Positions 46,600 to 56,312 of a stretch of DNA of 64,000 nucleotides are shown here, in pieces (the first letter of the stretch is position 1; every line of letters begins with the position of its first letter). Source of the DNA: Thermodesulfobacteriota bacterium (GTDB lineage: Bacteria; Desulfobacterota; Desulfobulbia; Desulfobulbales; SURF-16); contig JBDLIE010000009.1 in the NCBI GenBank assembly GCA_039715015.1, forward strand, positions 1 through 64,000. Reading direction: 5' to 3'. The notes under the pieces are model-generated. The model was not told the origin of the DNA, ran no database searches, and worked only from the letters and a program-made list of their open reading frames with translations. Position numbers and translations under genes: made by a program.

Positions 46600-46961
46600 T
46601 GGTTTTGAAGGGCAAGGCTCTCGGCAAGGAAGGGGAGAGGCAGGCAGGCCTCTATCTTGAAAAGCAAGGCCTGGTCATCATTGAGCGTAATTTCCGCACC
46701 CGCAGTGGTGAGATTGATCTTGTTGTCAGGGATAAAAAAGAGCTTGTTTTTGTTGAGGTCAAGACTCGTTCCGGTACGGACTTCGGCACGGCCTTGGAGG
46801 CTGTCCACTCTCGAAAATGTCGGCAGATCGTCCGGGTGGCGAGTGAGTATCTCCTGCAAAATGATGGCTTTGATCAGCCGGTACGTTTTGATGTGATCGG
46901 CATCCTGCTTGGTGATAACCCCCAATTTGAACATATAAAAAACGCCTTTGACGCCAGCTAA
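46599..46961 (+). CDS. yraN: YraN/UPF0102 family endonuclease-like protein
   Basis: GEIDLV, LVFVEVKTR, RFDVI, HIKNAF. Confidence 0.92.
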   Translation: MVLKGKALGKEGERQAGLYLEKQGLVIIERNFRTRSGEIDLVVRDKKELVFVEVKTRSGTDFGTALEAVHSRKCRQIVRVASEYLLQNDGFDQPVRFDVIGILLGDNPQFEHIKNAFDAS

Positions 46962-46970
46962 CAACAGACC

Positions 46971-47987
46971 ATGAGCAGATCAGGATCAGATAAAGCACCC
47001 CTTGCCATTACCATGGGCTGCCCGGTGGGAGTCGGGCCGGAGCTTATTCTCAAGCTCTTTGCCGTTGGCCAGGAGAATGCCGTGGTCATTGGCGATGGGG
47101 AGGCGTTTGCCTGGTGCGCTGCTGAGACTGGTCTGCCGGCGCCGCTTACCCCTTGGCAAGCGGGAGATAAGCTCCGGCCTGGCACCATTCCCTTCTGCAC
47201 CCCCCAAGATGCCGGACTGACCAGAGACGACCTGCACTGGGGAGCACCAAATAAGAAGACGGGCCGGGCCATGGGCCGCTATATTGAAGAGGCCGCTGCC
47301 CTTATCCAGAACGGTATGGCCAGCGCCCTTGTTACCTGTCCCATCACCAAGACCGCCCTCAACGCTGGGGGATATCATTTTCCCGGCCATACCGAGATGT
47401 TGGCCCAACTGTGCAAAACAGAACGCTTTGCCATGATGATGGCAGGCTCCTCTTTAAAAGTTACCCTGGTCACCATCCATACTTCCTTGGCCGCTGTCCC
47501 GTCCTTGGTAACCTCGGAATCTGTAGGTGAGATGATTGCCATAACCTGGCAGGCCCTGCATGGTGATTTTGGCATTGCCAGACCGCGCTTGGCTGTGGCT
47601 GGACTCAACCCCCATGCCGGCGAGGATGCCATGTTCGGCAGTGAGGAGCAGGAGGCGATTTTGCCGGCCATCAAGGCAGCCCAGGCAGAAGGCAAGGATG
47701 TTCAGGGCCCTTTTCCGCCAGATACCGTTTTCCATAAGGCAAGTCAGGGGCATTTTGATGCAGTGGTCTGCATGTATCATGATCAGGGCTTGATTCCTTT
47801 TAAATTGCTCCATTTCAGCGATGGCGTTAATGTTACCCTGGGACTGCCCATTGTCCGCACTTCAGTGGATCATGGCACGGCCTATGATATTGCTGGTAAG
47901 GGAGTGGCCAATCCAGCCAGCCTGGAGGCCGCTTGCGATCTGGCCCGGCAAATCCATGCAAATCGAACCCCAAAAGGCGTATCGTGA
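46971..47987 (+). CDS. pdxA: 4-hydroxythreonine-4-phosphate dehydrogenase
   Basis: GVGPEL, FPGHTE, GLNPHAGE, GPFPPDT, MYHDQGLIPFK, RTSVDHGTA. Confidence 0.93.
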   Translation: MSRSGSDKAPLAITMGCPVGVGPELILKLFAVGQENAVVIGDGEAFAWCAAETGLPAPLTPWQAGDKLRPGTIPFCTPQDAGLTRDDLHWGAPNKKTGRAMGRYIEEAAALIQNGMASALVTCPITKTALNAGGYHFPGHTEMLAQLCKTERFAMMMAGSSLKVTLVTIHTSLAAVPSLVTSESVGEMIAITWQALHGDFGIARPRLAVAGLNPHAGEDAMFGSEEQEAILPAIKAAQAEGKDVQGPFPPDTVFHKASQGHFDAVVCMYHDQGLIPFKLLHFSDGVNVTLGLPIVRTSVDHGTAYDIAGKGVANPASLEAACDLARQIHANRTPKGVS

Positions 47988-48562
47988 CAAAGTATTCAGG
48001 GATAGGCCTGTGCGGCAGCCACCGGACCGGCAAAACAACCACGGCCAAGAAGCTTGCCATAGATAATGACATTTCTTTTGTGGAGACAACCACCAGTGCC
48101 GTCTTTGCCGAGCATGGCCTGAAACCGTCTTCCCCCATGGATTTTTCCACCAGGCTCTGGATTCAGGACAAGGTGCTGGAGGCTGCTGAGGAAATTTGGT
48201 CTCAGCATCGGCATTTTATCACCGATCGTACGCCGCTGGATATGCTGGCCTATACCCTGGGTGATATCCAGGGTCGTACCCAGATCGAGTTTGAGGCACT
48301 GCAACAGTACGTTGCGCGTTGCTTTGAGTCCTGTAACCTTTATTTTGCCCGCCTCTGTGTGGTGCAGCCCGGCATCCCGCTTATTGCCGCCCCCGGTAAA
48401 GCAGCTTTAAACGAGGCCTATATTGAACATCTCAACACCTTGGTCTTAGGCCTCTGTGTTGATGAGCGCCAGCACACGCCCTTCTCGGTGATGCCGAGAA
48501 ACTGTATAGCCATCAGCGAACGGTGCCTCTTTATCCAAGAGAAGTGCTTTACCCCTCTCTAG
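47984..48562 (+). CDS. P-loop protein, NadR/Ttd14 (AAA_28)-like nucleotide kinase fold
   Basis: IGLCGSHRTGKTT Walker A, FITDRTPLD; GTG start overlaps the pdxA stop (GTGA). Confidence 0.75.
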   Translation: MTKYSGIGLCGSHRTGKTTTAKKLAIDNDISFVETTTSAVFAEHGLKPSSPMDFSTRLWIQDKVLEAAEEIWSQHRHFITDRTPLDMLAYTLGDIQGRTQIEFEALQQYVARCFESCNLYFARLCVVQPGIPLIAAPGKAALNEAYIEHLNTLVLGLCVDERQHTPFSVMPRNCIAISERCLFIQEKCFTPL

Positions 48563-48642
48563 AATCAAGATAGAATGGAACTCTTTGCCGTTAAACTGTT
48601 TCTAGACATAGAGAATGTGGTCGAAACGTTTTGAAGAACTCT

Positions 48643-50355
48643 ATGAATTATAAAAAATTTTTCTTTATGCCAGTGGTGCTGGCCTTGTTGCTCACCGGCT
48701 GTGCCGCGCACCATTCTCCCACCCCAGAGGAGATTGCCGCCGCAGAGCCGGATGATCCTTCCTGCGCCTATTTTTATTTTTCCTGGGGGCGCTTTGCTGA
48801 GATGGCAGGCCGCCTTGAGGAGGCCCAGGACGCCTACACCAAGGCCCTTGTCTGTGATCAGCATTCCACCTATCTCCATCAACGTCTTGCCTACCTGCTC
48901 ATTGCCATGGGTAAGAAGGAACAGGCCGGTGTCCAGCTCGAAAAAATTTTGGAAAATTCCCCGGAAGATAATCGTGCCCGCCTTGAACTTGCCGGAATAT
49001 TTGAAAATCTTGGCAAAACGGACAAAGCCATTGATATCCTCGAACAAAATATTATCGACGATCCCCAGGACAACCATAGTCGGTTGACCCTGGGCTATCT
49101 CTACTTTAGGCATGACCGTTTTGAAGAGGCCCGTGTCACTCTGGAAAAACATGTGGACCAGGAGCCGGACTCCTACTCCGGTTCGGTGATGCTTGCCAAG
49201 CTTTACAGGGCCATGGGCGAGGTAGAGCTGGCCAAGGCCATGTATGAAAAGGTTCTTGAACTTAACTGGTCCTTTCTCCAGGCCCTGGATGCCGCAGAAT
49301 TCTATGAGCAGATCAGGGAGTATGAAAAGGCGGTTGATCTTTACAAAAAGCTGCTTGAAGAAGAACCAGGCAATGAGACTTCCCGCCGTAAGCTGGCAGG
49401 TCTCTACATGATACTTGGCAAGCCTGAACAAGCGGTGGTGGAGCTCGAGACCCTGAAAGAGAGCAGTGAGGCGCCAGACAAGGTTGATCTTGCCATTGGC
49501 CGTCTCCTCCTTGAGCAGAAGAAGTACAAGAAGGCAATTAACCATTTTGGCCGTATGCTGGTTGCCTACCCCCGGATGGATATTGTCAGGCCCTTGATGG
49601 CCTTGGCCTATTACGAATCAGGGGATGGCGAAGGTGCTAAAAAGGTATTGGCCCAGGTGCCAGTGGATTCCAAGGATTATGAGGATGCCATCCTCATGCT
49701 GGTTCGTCTCTACCAGGAGGAAAAAAAGCTGACAGAGGCGGCGGAAATTTTAGAGCACGCCTTGAAGGCCAGTTCCGATCAGCATCAGAGTTTTTTCTTT
49801 CTGCTGGCCGCAGTCTATCATAAGAATAAAGAGCCCCAGAAGGGGTTGGATGTTTTTGAGAGGGTAGCAAAGGCATACCCTGGGGAGAGCCGGGTCTGGT
49901 TTGAGTACGGCCTCTACATGGATAGGATAGGGCGCCAGCAGGATGCTATGAGGCATATGGCCCGGGTGCTGGAGCTTGACCCTGACGACCCTTATGCCCT
50001 CAACTATGTGGGCTACACCTGGGCCGATGCCGGTACCAATCTTGACCAGGCCCTCGATTATATCAGCCGGGCCGTTGCTGCCCGCCCTGACGACGGTTTT
50101 GTCCGTGATTCCCTGGGATGGGTCTATTATAAGCGGGGTGAATATGAGCAGGCAGTGAAGGAGCTTGTCAAGGCCTGTGAAATGCAGCCGGACGATCCCA
50201 CTATGAACGAACATTTGGGCGACGCCTATGTGAAAACAGGCCAATTGGCCAAAGCCGTTGAAAGCTATGAGAAAGCGGTAAAATTATACAAGGATGACAA
50301 GAAGAGAGCCCTGGCGCGGCGTAAGCTTGAAGAGGCCAAAGAGGGAGCGCGATAG
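48643..50355 (+). CDS. TPR lipoprotein
   Basis: Lipobox LTGC, many TPRs, ALNYVGYTWAD…DSLGWVYY…EHLGDAY. Confidence 0.88.
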   Translation: MNYKKFFFMPVVLALLLTGCAAHHSPTPEEIAAAEPDDPSCAYFYFSWGRFAEMAGRLEEAQDAYTKALVCDQHSTYLHQRLAYLLIAMGKKEQAGVQLEKILENSPEDNRARLELAGIFENLGKTDKAIDILEQNIIDDPQDNHSRLTLGYLYFRHDRFEEARVTLEKHVDQEPDSYSGSVMLAKLYRAMGEVELAKAMYEKVLELNWSFLQALDAAEFYEQIREYEKAVDLYKKLLEEEPGNETSRRKLAGLYMILGKPEQAVVELETLKESSEAPDKVDLAIGRLLLEQKKYKKAINHFGRMLVAYPRMDIVRPLMALAYYESGDGEGAKKVLAQVPVDSKDYEDAILMLVRLYQEEKKLTEAAEILEHALKASSDQHQSFFFLLAAVYHKNKEPQKGLDVFERVAKAYPGESRVWFEYGLYMDRIGRQQDAMRHMARVLELDPDDPYALNYVGYTWADAGTNLDQALDYISRAVAARPDDGFVRDSLGWVYYKRGEYEQAVKELVKACEMQPDDPTMNEHLGDAYVKTGQLAKAVESYEKAVKLYKDDKKRALARRKLEEAKEGAR

Positions 50356-50360
50356 GCTGA

Positions 50361-51152
50361 ATGCGTTTATGTAAGGGATGTCTCCCATTTCTCCTCAGCC
50401 TTTTTCTGCTCTCAGGCTGCGCAACCATGCCGAGCCTCTTTGGCATCAGCCAAGAGGAAAATCGGGAGGTGCGCGGTCGTTTTAAGGAAATGATCGCTGC
50501 CCAGCGTCAATGCCATTGCTGTCTTGATGGCTCGGCCCATATCTCTCTTAATAATCTCTTTTACTCCGGTGCCATTTCCGGCTATTTGCAGGCCATGAGC
50601 CCCTCCTACCTGAAGTTTGTCGGTGTTAATCCTCTTGGCCAGCCCCTGGGGATTTTTACCACCAACGGTCAGCGGTTTCGCTATGTCTCCACCCCCGAGA
50701 CCAAGGTTTATACAGGTAAGGTCAGTAGCGAAACCTTCGGCAAATATACCCCGGAGGGTTTTATTCCCACCCTATCGTACTATTGGCTAATTGGCAGGCT
50801 GCAACCCGGTCCTGTTCAGTTGACCCGGGTGAGCAGGGATGAAGAGAGTGGCTATTGGGTTGAGCTCCTCTATGAAAATGGTAGAAAGGCCCTGGTCCTT
50901 TTTGACCCAGAGGCCCTGCAGATTAAGCGCCATATAGTATTAAATAGTGAGGGTGAGCGGATTTTAAATATCCTCTATGACCAATATGGCCCAAAAGAGT
51001 GCGATGTGCCACGCCAGATTACTGTAACGTCACTGACCCTGGACTCCACCATGGAGATTCGTCTTAACGATCTCCTGGATGATGTCTCTCTCTCCCTCCA
51101 GGATTTTGATTATTCTCCCCCGCCAACCTTTGAAGAGGTGGTGGTTGAATAG
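50361..51152 (+). CDS. LolB-like / DUF4292-like lipoprotein
   Basis: Lipobox LSGC, beta-rich, NPLGQPL motif; follows TPR gene as lolB does in proteobacteria. Confidence 0.6.
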   Translation: MRLCKGCLPFLLSLFLLSGCATMPSLFGISQEENREVRGRFKEMIAAQRQCHCCLDGSAHISLNNLFYSGAISGYLQAMSPSYLKFVGVNPLGQPLGIFTTNGQRFRYVSTPETKVYTGKVSSETFGKYTPEGFIPTLSYYWLIGRLQPGPVQLTRVSRDEESGYWVELLYENGRKALVLFDPEALQIKRHIVLNSEGERILNILYDQYGPKECDVPRQITVTSLTLDSTMEIRLNDLLDDVSLSLQDFDYSPPPTFEEVVVE

Positions 51153-51247
51153 ATTTCGTGAGTTCCATACGGCTTTTTCGATGGTTTAGCAGAGCTCCGC
51201 CGCCATCAAAAGTCACTGTCTCCTGATTTAGCCCAATACAAAAAAAC

Positions 51248-53746
51248 GTGAATCCCGAACAGCTTCTTCCTTTGGTCCGCAAGCCCAGCAGGTATTGCGG
51301 CAACGAGTTTAATGTCCCTGCCAAGAACTGGCAGGATGCCTCTCTGCGTTACCTCCTTGCTTTTCCTGACATGTATGAGATCGGTATGTCCCATCAAGGC
51401 CTGCAGATCCTCTATCATATCATTAATAAGCGGGCCGACCTCCTTGCTGAAAGGGTCTATGCCCCTGATACGGACCTTGAGGAGCTCTTGCGTCAGAGCA
51501 AGACACCTCTTTTCAGTCTTGAGTCTCGTCATCAGCCCCGGGATTTTGATGTCCTGGCCTTTACCCTGCCTTACGAGCTTTGTTACTCGAATATCCTCAC
51601 CATCCTGGATCTGGCAGACATGCCCTTTTTTAGTAAGGAGCGGGGCGAGGAGCACCCCATTGTTCTTGGCGGCGGTCCCGGTGCCTTTCACCCGGAACCA
51701 GTGGCTGATTTTTTTGATGCCATCTTGCTGGGCGACGGTGAGGAGGCCATTGTCGAGATCAGTGATTTCTTGCTGGCAGCAAAGAAAGAGGGATGGGGAC
51801 GCCGCCAGGTTTTAGAGGGTTTGGCTGATATTGAAGGAATCTATGTGCCCGCCCTGTTTGAACCGCAGTATAGCTCTGCTGGTGAATTTAAAGGCATAAA
51901 AGCCCTTAAAGAGGGTTATGACATGGTCAGGCGCCGAGTTCTGCCGGAGTTCAGCGATGATCCCTCGCCATCACCCCTGGTTCCTTTAAATAAAATTGTT
52001 CATGACCGGTTGGGGATTGAGCTTGCCCGTGGCTGTACGCGCGGCTGCCGTTTCTGTCAGGCCGGTATTATCTACAGACCGGTGCGGGAGCGAACGCCTG
52101 CGCAGGTGCTGCGCCTTGCCAAAGAGGGCATAGGCGCCAGCGGTTTTGAGGAGCTTGCCTTGCTTTCACTGTCCACCGGTGATTATTCCTGCCTGGGGCC
52201 TCTTTTGGTCAAGCTCATGGACACTTTTGCCCGGAAGCGGGTTTCGGTATCCATGCCATCCATGCGGGTTGGCACCTTGACTCCAGAAATTATGGAGCAG
52301 ATTAAGAGGGTGCGCAAAACCGGTTTTACAGTAGCCCCCGAGGCTGGTACTGATCGCCTCCGGCAGGTGATTAATAAGGGTATCACCGAGGAAGATCTTC
52401 TGGCCACCTGCAGCTCGGCCTTTGGCCTTGGCTGGAAATTAATCAAATTTTATTTCATGTTCGGTCTGCCCACCGAGACCGAGGAGGACCTGGCCGCTAT
52501 CCCAGAACTTGCTCTAAAAGGACTGCGGGCAGGCTCTGGGCCGCGGCGCCGGATTACAGTAAGTGCCGCCACCTTTGTTCCCAAACCCCACACCCCTTTC
52601 CAGTGGGAGCCGCAGCTCTCTGTCGATGAGGGTTTTGAACGGATTGATTTTCTAAAGGGGAAATTGCGTGAAAAAGGTCTGCAACTCCGTTGGGGTGATC
52701 CGCGCCAGAGTTTTTTGGAGGGTGTTTTTTCCAGGGGCGACAGAAAGCTCTCCTCTTTAATTGTTGAGGCCTGGCAGCGTGGCGCTCGTTTTGATGCCTG
52801 GAATGACCACATGCGTCTTGATACCTGGCGACAAGCTGCTGCTGCTCTTGGTCTGGATATGGAACGTTACTTAGCCCGCCGAGATTTTAATCAGCCTTTG
52901 CCCTGGGACCATCTCCACTGCGGAGTGGACCCGGCCTTTATCAAGGAAGAGTATGATAAGGCCCTGGAGGGGACCTATACCCCTGATTGCCGGGTTCATG
53001 GCTGCCAGAAATGCGGCCTCTGTGATTTTGAGAGCGTTTTCCCACGGGTGCATAAAAAAGATCCCGAGTGGGGAGAGAAAAAAGAAGAGGGCCTGGATAA
53101 AAAAGAGGGCAATGTTCACTTTCATTATCGTGTCGACTATGCAAGGCTGGGAAGGGCCCGCCTTCTCTCCCATCTCGAACTTCTCCAGGTCTTTTTCCGG
53201 GCCTTTAACCGGGCTGGTTTGCCCCTTCATTACTCCAAGGGTTTTAATCCATCGCCCAAGGTTTCCTTTAGTCCGGCCTTGCCTCTTGGCACCGAGAGCA
53301 AGGCTGAGTATCTTTTTATTGATCTCATCGCTGCAATTTTGCCGGAAGAGTGGCTGCCAGCCATTAATGACCAGCTTCCTGAAGGCCTCCATGTCAATGA
53401 ATTAAGCCTGGCCCAGTCAAAAAAGATTCCGGCAAAGGTGGAAACGTGTTACACCATTTGTTTGAATCTTCCGGTGGCAAATCAGCGTATTGCGTCTTTT
53501 TTGGATTCAGAAGCCTTTCCGGTCCAAGTGGTCAGGAAAAAGAAAAAACGCAATATTGACGGACGGCCACAGATCACGGAGCTGTGTCTTGTTGATGAAA
53601 AGACCGTTGAACTCCGGATGGTTACTGAGGTGAGTAAAGCAGGTCTGAAACCCCTGGAGATCATCCAAGCGATCTTCGCACTGTCTGAGCAGGAATTAAC
53701 CCAAATCAGGGTGGTGAAAGAGTGGTTCAAGGAACTTGATTGTTGA
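51248..53746 (+). CDS. TIGR03960-type B12-binding radical SAM protein fused to DUF2344 domain
   Basis: KPSRYCGNE, FPDMYEIGMSH, CTRGCRFC, FTVAPEAG; C-terminal SHLEL…YSKGFNPSPK…ALPLG. Confidence 0.9.
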   Translation: MNPEQLLPLVRKPSRYCGNEFNVPAKNWQDASLRYLLAFPDMYEIGMSHQGLQILYHIINKRADLLAERVYAPDTDLEELLRQSKTPLFSLESRHQPRDFDVLAFTLPYELCYSNILTILDLADMPFFSKERGEEHPIVLGGGPGAFHPEPVADFFDAILLGDGEEAIVEISDFLLAAKKEGWGRRQVLEGLADIEGIYVPALFEPQYSSAGEFKGIKALKEGYDMVRRRVLPEFSDDPSPSPLVPLNKIVHDRLGIELARGCTRGCRFCQAGIIYRPVRERTPAQVLRLAKEGIGASGFEELALLSLSTGDYSCLGPLLVKLMDTFARKRVSVSMPSMRVGTLTPEIMEQIKRVRKTGFTVAPEAGTDRLRQVINKGITEEDLLATCSSAFGLGWKLIKFYFMFGLPTETEEDLAAIPELALKGLRAGSGPRRRITVSAATFVPKPHTPFQWEPQLSVDEGFERIDFLKGKLREKGLQLRWGDPRQSFLEGVFSRGDRKLSSLIVEAWQRGARFDAWNDHMRLDTWRQAAAALGLDMERYLARRDFNQPLPWDHLHCGVDPAFIKEEYDKALEGTYTPDCRVHGCQKCGLCDFESVFPRVHKKDPEWGEKKEEGLDKKEGNVHFHYRVDYARLGRARLLSHLELLQVFFRAFNRAGLPLHYSKGFNPSPKVSFSPALPLGTESKAEYLFIDLIAAILPEEWLPAINDQLPEGLHVNELSLAQSKKIPAKVETCYTICLNLPVANQRIASFLDSEAFPVQVVRKKKKRNIDGRPQITELCLVDEKTVELRMVTEVSKAGLKPLEIIQAIFALSEQELTQIRVVKEWFKELDC

Positions 53747-53795
53747 ACAGGCACCTTGCTAAAGAACCCCACCACCTGTAGGCCTTATAAAAATT

Positions 53796-55367
53796 ATGGC
53801 AACTGATCTTCTTATAAACGCAACCTCCTACGAGGTGCGCATCGCCCTTATTGAACATGGCAACCTTGTTGAGTTTCATGTGGAAAGGCCCACGGAAAAA
53901 GGGCTGGTGGGTAATATCTACCTGGGGAAGGTGGTTCGCGTTTTACCGGGCATGCAGGCCGCCTTTGTTGATATTGGTCTTGAGCGCACCGGCTTTCTCT
54001 ATGTTGATGATATTCACATATCCACCGATGCCTTTGAGAAAAGACTAAACAACTGCGGTGGTGACGGGACCAGTGCCTGTTGTGATAACGAGCCCTCTGA
54101 ATCTTTGGCTGTCCGGACGCCGGGTAAATCCATTGAGGACCTTCTTAAGGAGGGCCAGGAGATCCTTGTTCAGATTTGCAAGGAACCCATCGGCACCAAG
54201 GGGGCGCGCCTTACCTGTCATATCACTTTGCCGTGCCGTAATTTGGTTTTTATGCCCATGACCGACCATATCGGCATCTCCCGCAAGATGGACAACGAGG
54301 TGCTTCGCCAGCGTCTACGAAATGACATCGAGGAGTTGCGCCCTGCAGGTACAGGCTTTATCGTCCGCACCGTGGCTGAGGATGCCAGCCGTGAGGACCT
54401 GGAAGCGGATATGGAGTTTCTCCTCCACCTTTGGAGTGAGATTCAGGATATTGCCGAAAAATCCAAGCCCATGAATCTGGTCTATGAGGATCTAGATATC
54501 ATTTTACGGGTGGTCCGCGACATCTTCTCCCCTGATGTTGATCGTCTGGTGGTGGATGATCCCAAGACGTACCAGCGGGTTTTGAAATTCATCCAGACCT
54601 TTGCGCCCCACATGCATAACCGGGTCTTCAAGTATGATCAGAATGTTCCCATTTTTGATGCCTATGGCGTTGAGATGGATATCAGCCGGGCCCTGGACAA
54701 GAAAATTTGGCTGCGCTGCGGCGGTTATATCATTATCGAAAATACCGAGGCCCTCACCGTCATTGATGTCAATACCGGACGTTATGTGGGTAAAAATGAT
54801 CTTGAAGAAACCATCTTTAAGACCAATATGGAGGCGGTTCGGGAAATTGCCTACCAGCTCAGGCTCCGGAATATCGGCGGAATTATCATTGTTGATTTCA
54901 TTGATATGGAGGTGGAAAGCCACCGGGAAGAGGTTTTCCGGGCCATCACCGAAGCAGCCCAAAAGGACAAGAGCCGGGTCAATATCCTTAAGGTTTCCGA
55001 GTTTGGCCTGGTGCAGATGACCAGGAAACGCAGCCGTGAAGACCTGGTTAATATGATGTGTGAGCCGTGCCCCTACTGTGGTGGCGATGGGCTGCTTAAA
55101 TCAAACCGCACAGTGTGCTATGAGATTTTTCGAAGGATCTCCCTGGGCGCCCAAAAGATATCCGGCCCCAGTGTGACCATCAAGGTCCACCCCAAAGTTG
55201 CGGGCATGATGCTCAAAGAAGAGGCGGTCACCATCCACCATCTCGAAGATGAGCTCCAAAAAAGCCTCACCATCATCCCCCAAAAAGATATCCACATGGA
55301 AAAATATGAGATTGTCTGGGAGAGTGAGGCCAAGGCCCCTGAGTCTGAGCAGCTGAAGGCCCAGTAG
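53796..55367 (+). CDS. rng: Ribonuclease G (Rne/Rng family)
   Basis: GNIYLGKV…LPGMQAAFVDIG, IDVNTG, QLRLRNIGGIIIVDFIDM, CPYC. Confidence 0.92.
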   Translation: MATDLLINATSYEVRIALIEHGNLVEFHVERPTEKGLVGNIYLGKVVRVLPGMQAAFVDIGLERTGFLYVDDIHISTDAFEKRLNNCGGDGTSACCDNEPSESLAVRTPGKSIEDLLKEGQEILVQICKEPIGTKGARLTCHITLPCRNLVFMPMTDHIGISRKMDNEVLRQRLRNDIEELRPAGTGFIVRTVAEDASREDLEADMEFLLHLWSEIQDIAEKSKPMNLVYEDLDIILRVVRDIFSPDVDRLVVDDPKTYQRVLKFIQTFAPHMHNRVFKYDQNVPIFDAYGVEMDISRALDKKIWLRCGGYIIIENTEALTVIDVNTGRYVGKNDLEETIFKTNMEAVREIAYQLRLRNIGGIIIVDFIDMEVESHREEVFRAITEAAQKDKSRVNILKVSEFGLVQMTRKRSREDLVNMMCEPCPYCGGDGLLKSNRTVCYEIFRRISLGAQKISGPSVTIKVHPKVAGMMLKEEAVTIHHLEDELQKSLTIIPQKDIHMEKYEIVWESEAKAPESEQLKAQ

Positions 55368-55437
55368 CCAGGAAATGTGAGAGTTTTTGGGTGACGAAAA
55401 AAAGAGGCTGGGGATGGCGCCGGACCTCTTTTCATTG

Positions 55438-55465
55438 TTGACAAAAAAACGAAACGTGGTATCTA
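55438..55465 (+). promoter_or_regulatory. Probable sigma70 promoter of rplU
   Basis: TTGACA-N16-TATCTA with TG extended -10. Confidence 0.55.
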
Positions 55466-55590
55466 TCACTGTTTCCGTATCCAGGAATCATGGGATGTGG
55501 AATATTGATTAGGATAATGAAACGCGGCACAAAGTTGGTCGCGAAGTGCTTCCTGCTATAAGGGAGCTTTTTTTAGTTTTGGAGGAAAGC

Positions 55591-55902
55591 ATGTACGCAA
55601 TTATTCGTACCGGTGGTAAGCAGTATCAGGTTGCAGAGGGAGATCGTCTGCGGATTGAAAAACTGACCGGCGATGTTGGTGATACCGTGGAGCTTGATGA
55701 TGTTCTCATGGTGGCTGACGGAGAGGCTGTAAAAGTAGGCCAGCCTGCTATTGAGGGCGCTAAGGTAACTGCCAAGATCGTTGAGCAGGGTAAAGGCAAG
55801 AAGATCATTGTCTTTAAGAAGAAGCGTCGCCAGGGCTATTCCAGAAAGAAGGGGCATCGTCAACTTTTCACCGCCCTTGAAATTCAGGGAATTTCAGCGT
55901 AA
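55591..55902 (+). CDS. rplU: 50S ribosomal protein L21
   Basis: [24 protein letters not shown]. Confidence 0.97.
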   Translation: MYAIIRTGGKQYQVAEGDRLRIEKLTGDVGDTVELDDVLMVADGEAVKVGQPAIEGAKVTAKIVEQGKGKKIIVFKKKRRQGYSRKKGHRQLFTALEIQGISA

Positions 55903-55956
55903 TTTAAGATTACCGGCAATCGTAACGCCGGTTTGAACCATTTAGAGGAAGAAACA

Positions 55957-56217
55957 ATGGCTCATAAGAAAGCAGGCGGTAGTTCTAAGAACGGTCGCGA
56001 CAGTAATGCCCAGAGGCGCGGTGTCAAACGTTTCGGTGGCGAGAATGTACGTGCTGGCAATATTCTGGTTCGTCAGTTAGGCACCAAGATCCACCCCGGC
56101 ACCAATGTTGGCCTGGGTCGTGACTTTACCTTGTTTTCCAAGGTAGATGGCGTGGTTACCTTTGAGAAGTTCGGCCGTGGCCGTAAAAGGGTCAGCGTCT
56201 ATCCTGCAGCCGAATAG
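55957..56217 (+). CDS. rpmA: 50S ribosomal protein L27
   Basis: [23 protein letters not shown]. Confidence 0.97.
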   Translation: MAHKKAGGSSKNGRDSNAQRRGVKRFGGENVRAGNILVRQLGTKIHPGTNVGLGRDFTLFSKVDGVVTFEKFGRGRKRVSVYPAAE

Positions 56218-56231
56218 ATTTTTTTATAAGG

Positions 56232-56269
56232 GGCCGGAGGGTATATTACTTTCTGGCCGCTTTTTTTTT
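56232..56269 (+). terminator. Terminator after rpmA
   Basis: GGCCGGAGGGTA-tat-TACTTTCTGGCC then T9. Confidence 0.75.
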
Positions 56270-56312
56270 GACGGGCTCTCTTGAGCCCGTTCTTTTATGA
56301 AGGCGTCCCACC

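Noticed and set aside
48565..49545. 326-aa antisense ORF (also 5572..6333, 21644..22459, 38815..39627, 41833..42663, 58992..59924)
   Set aside because: Each lies opposite a well-supported gene and has no recognisable motif; typical shadow ORFs from codon bias.
55933..55956. Prp-cleaved N-terminal extension on L27
   Set aside because: GAGG RBS fits ATG 55957, the peptide does not resemble the Firmicute extension, and no prp gene lies between rplU and rpmA.
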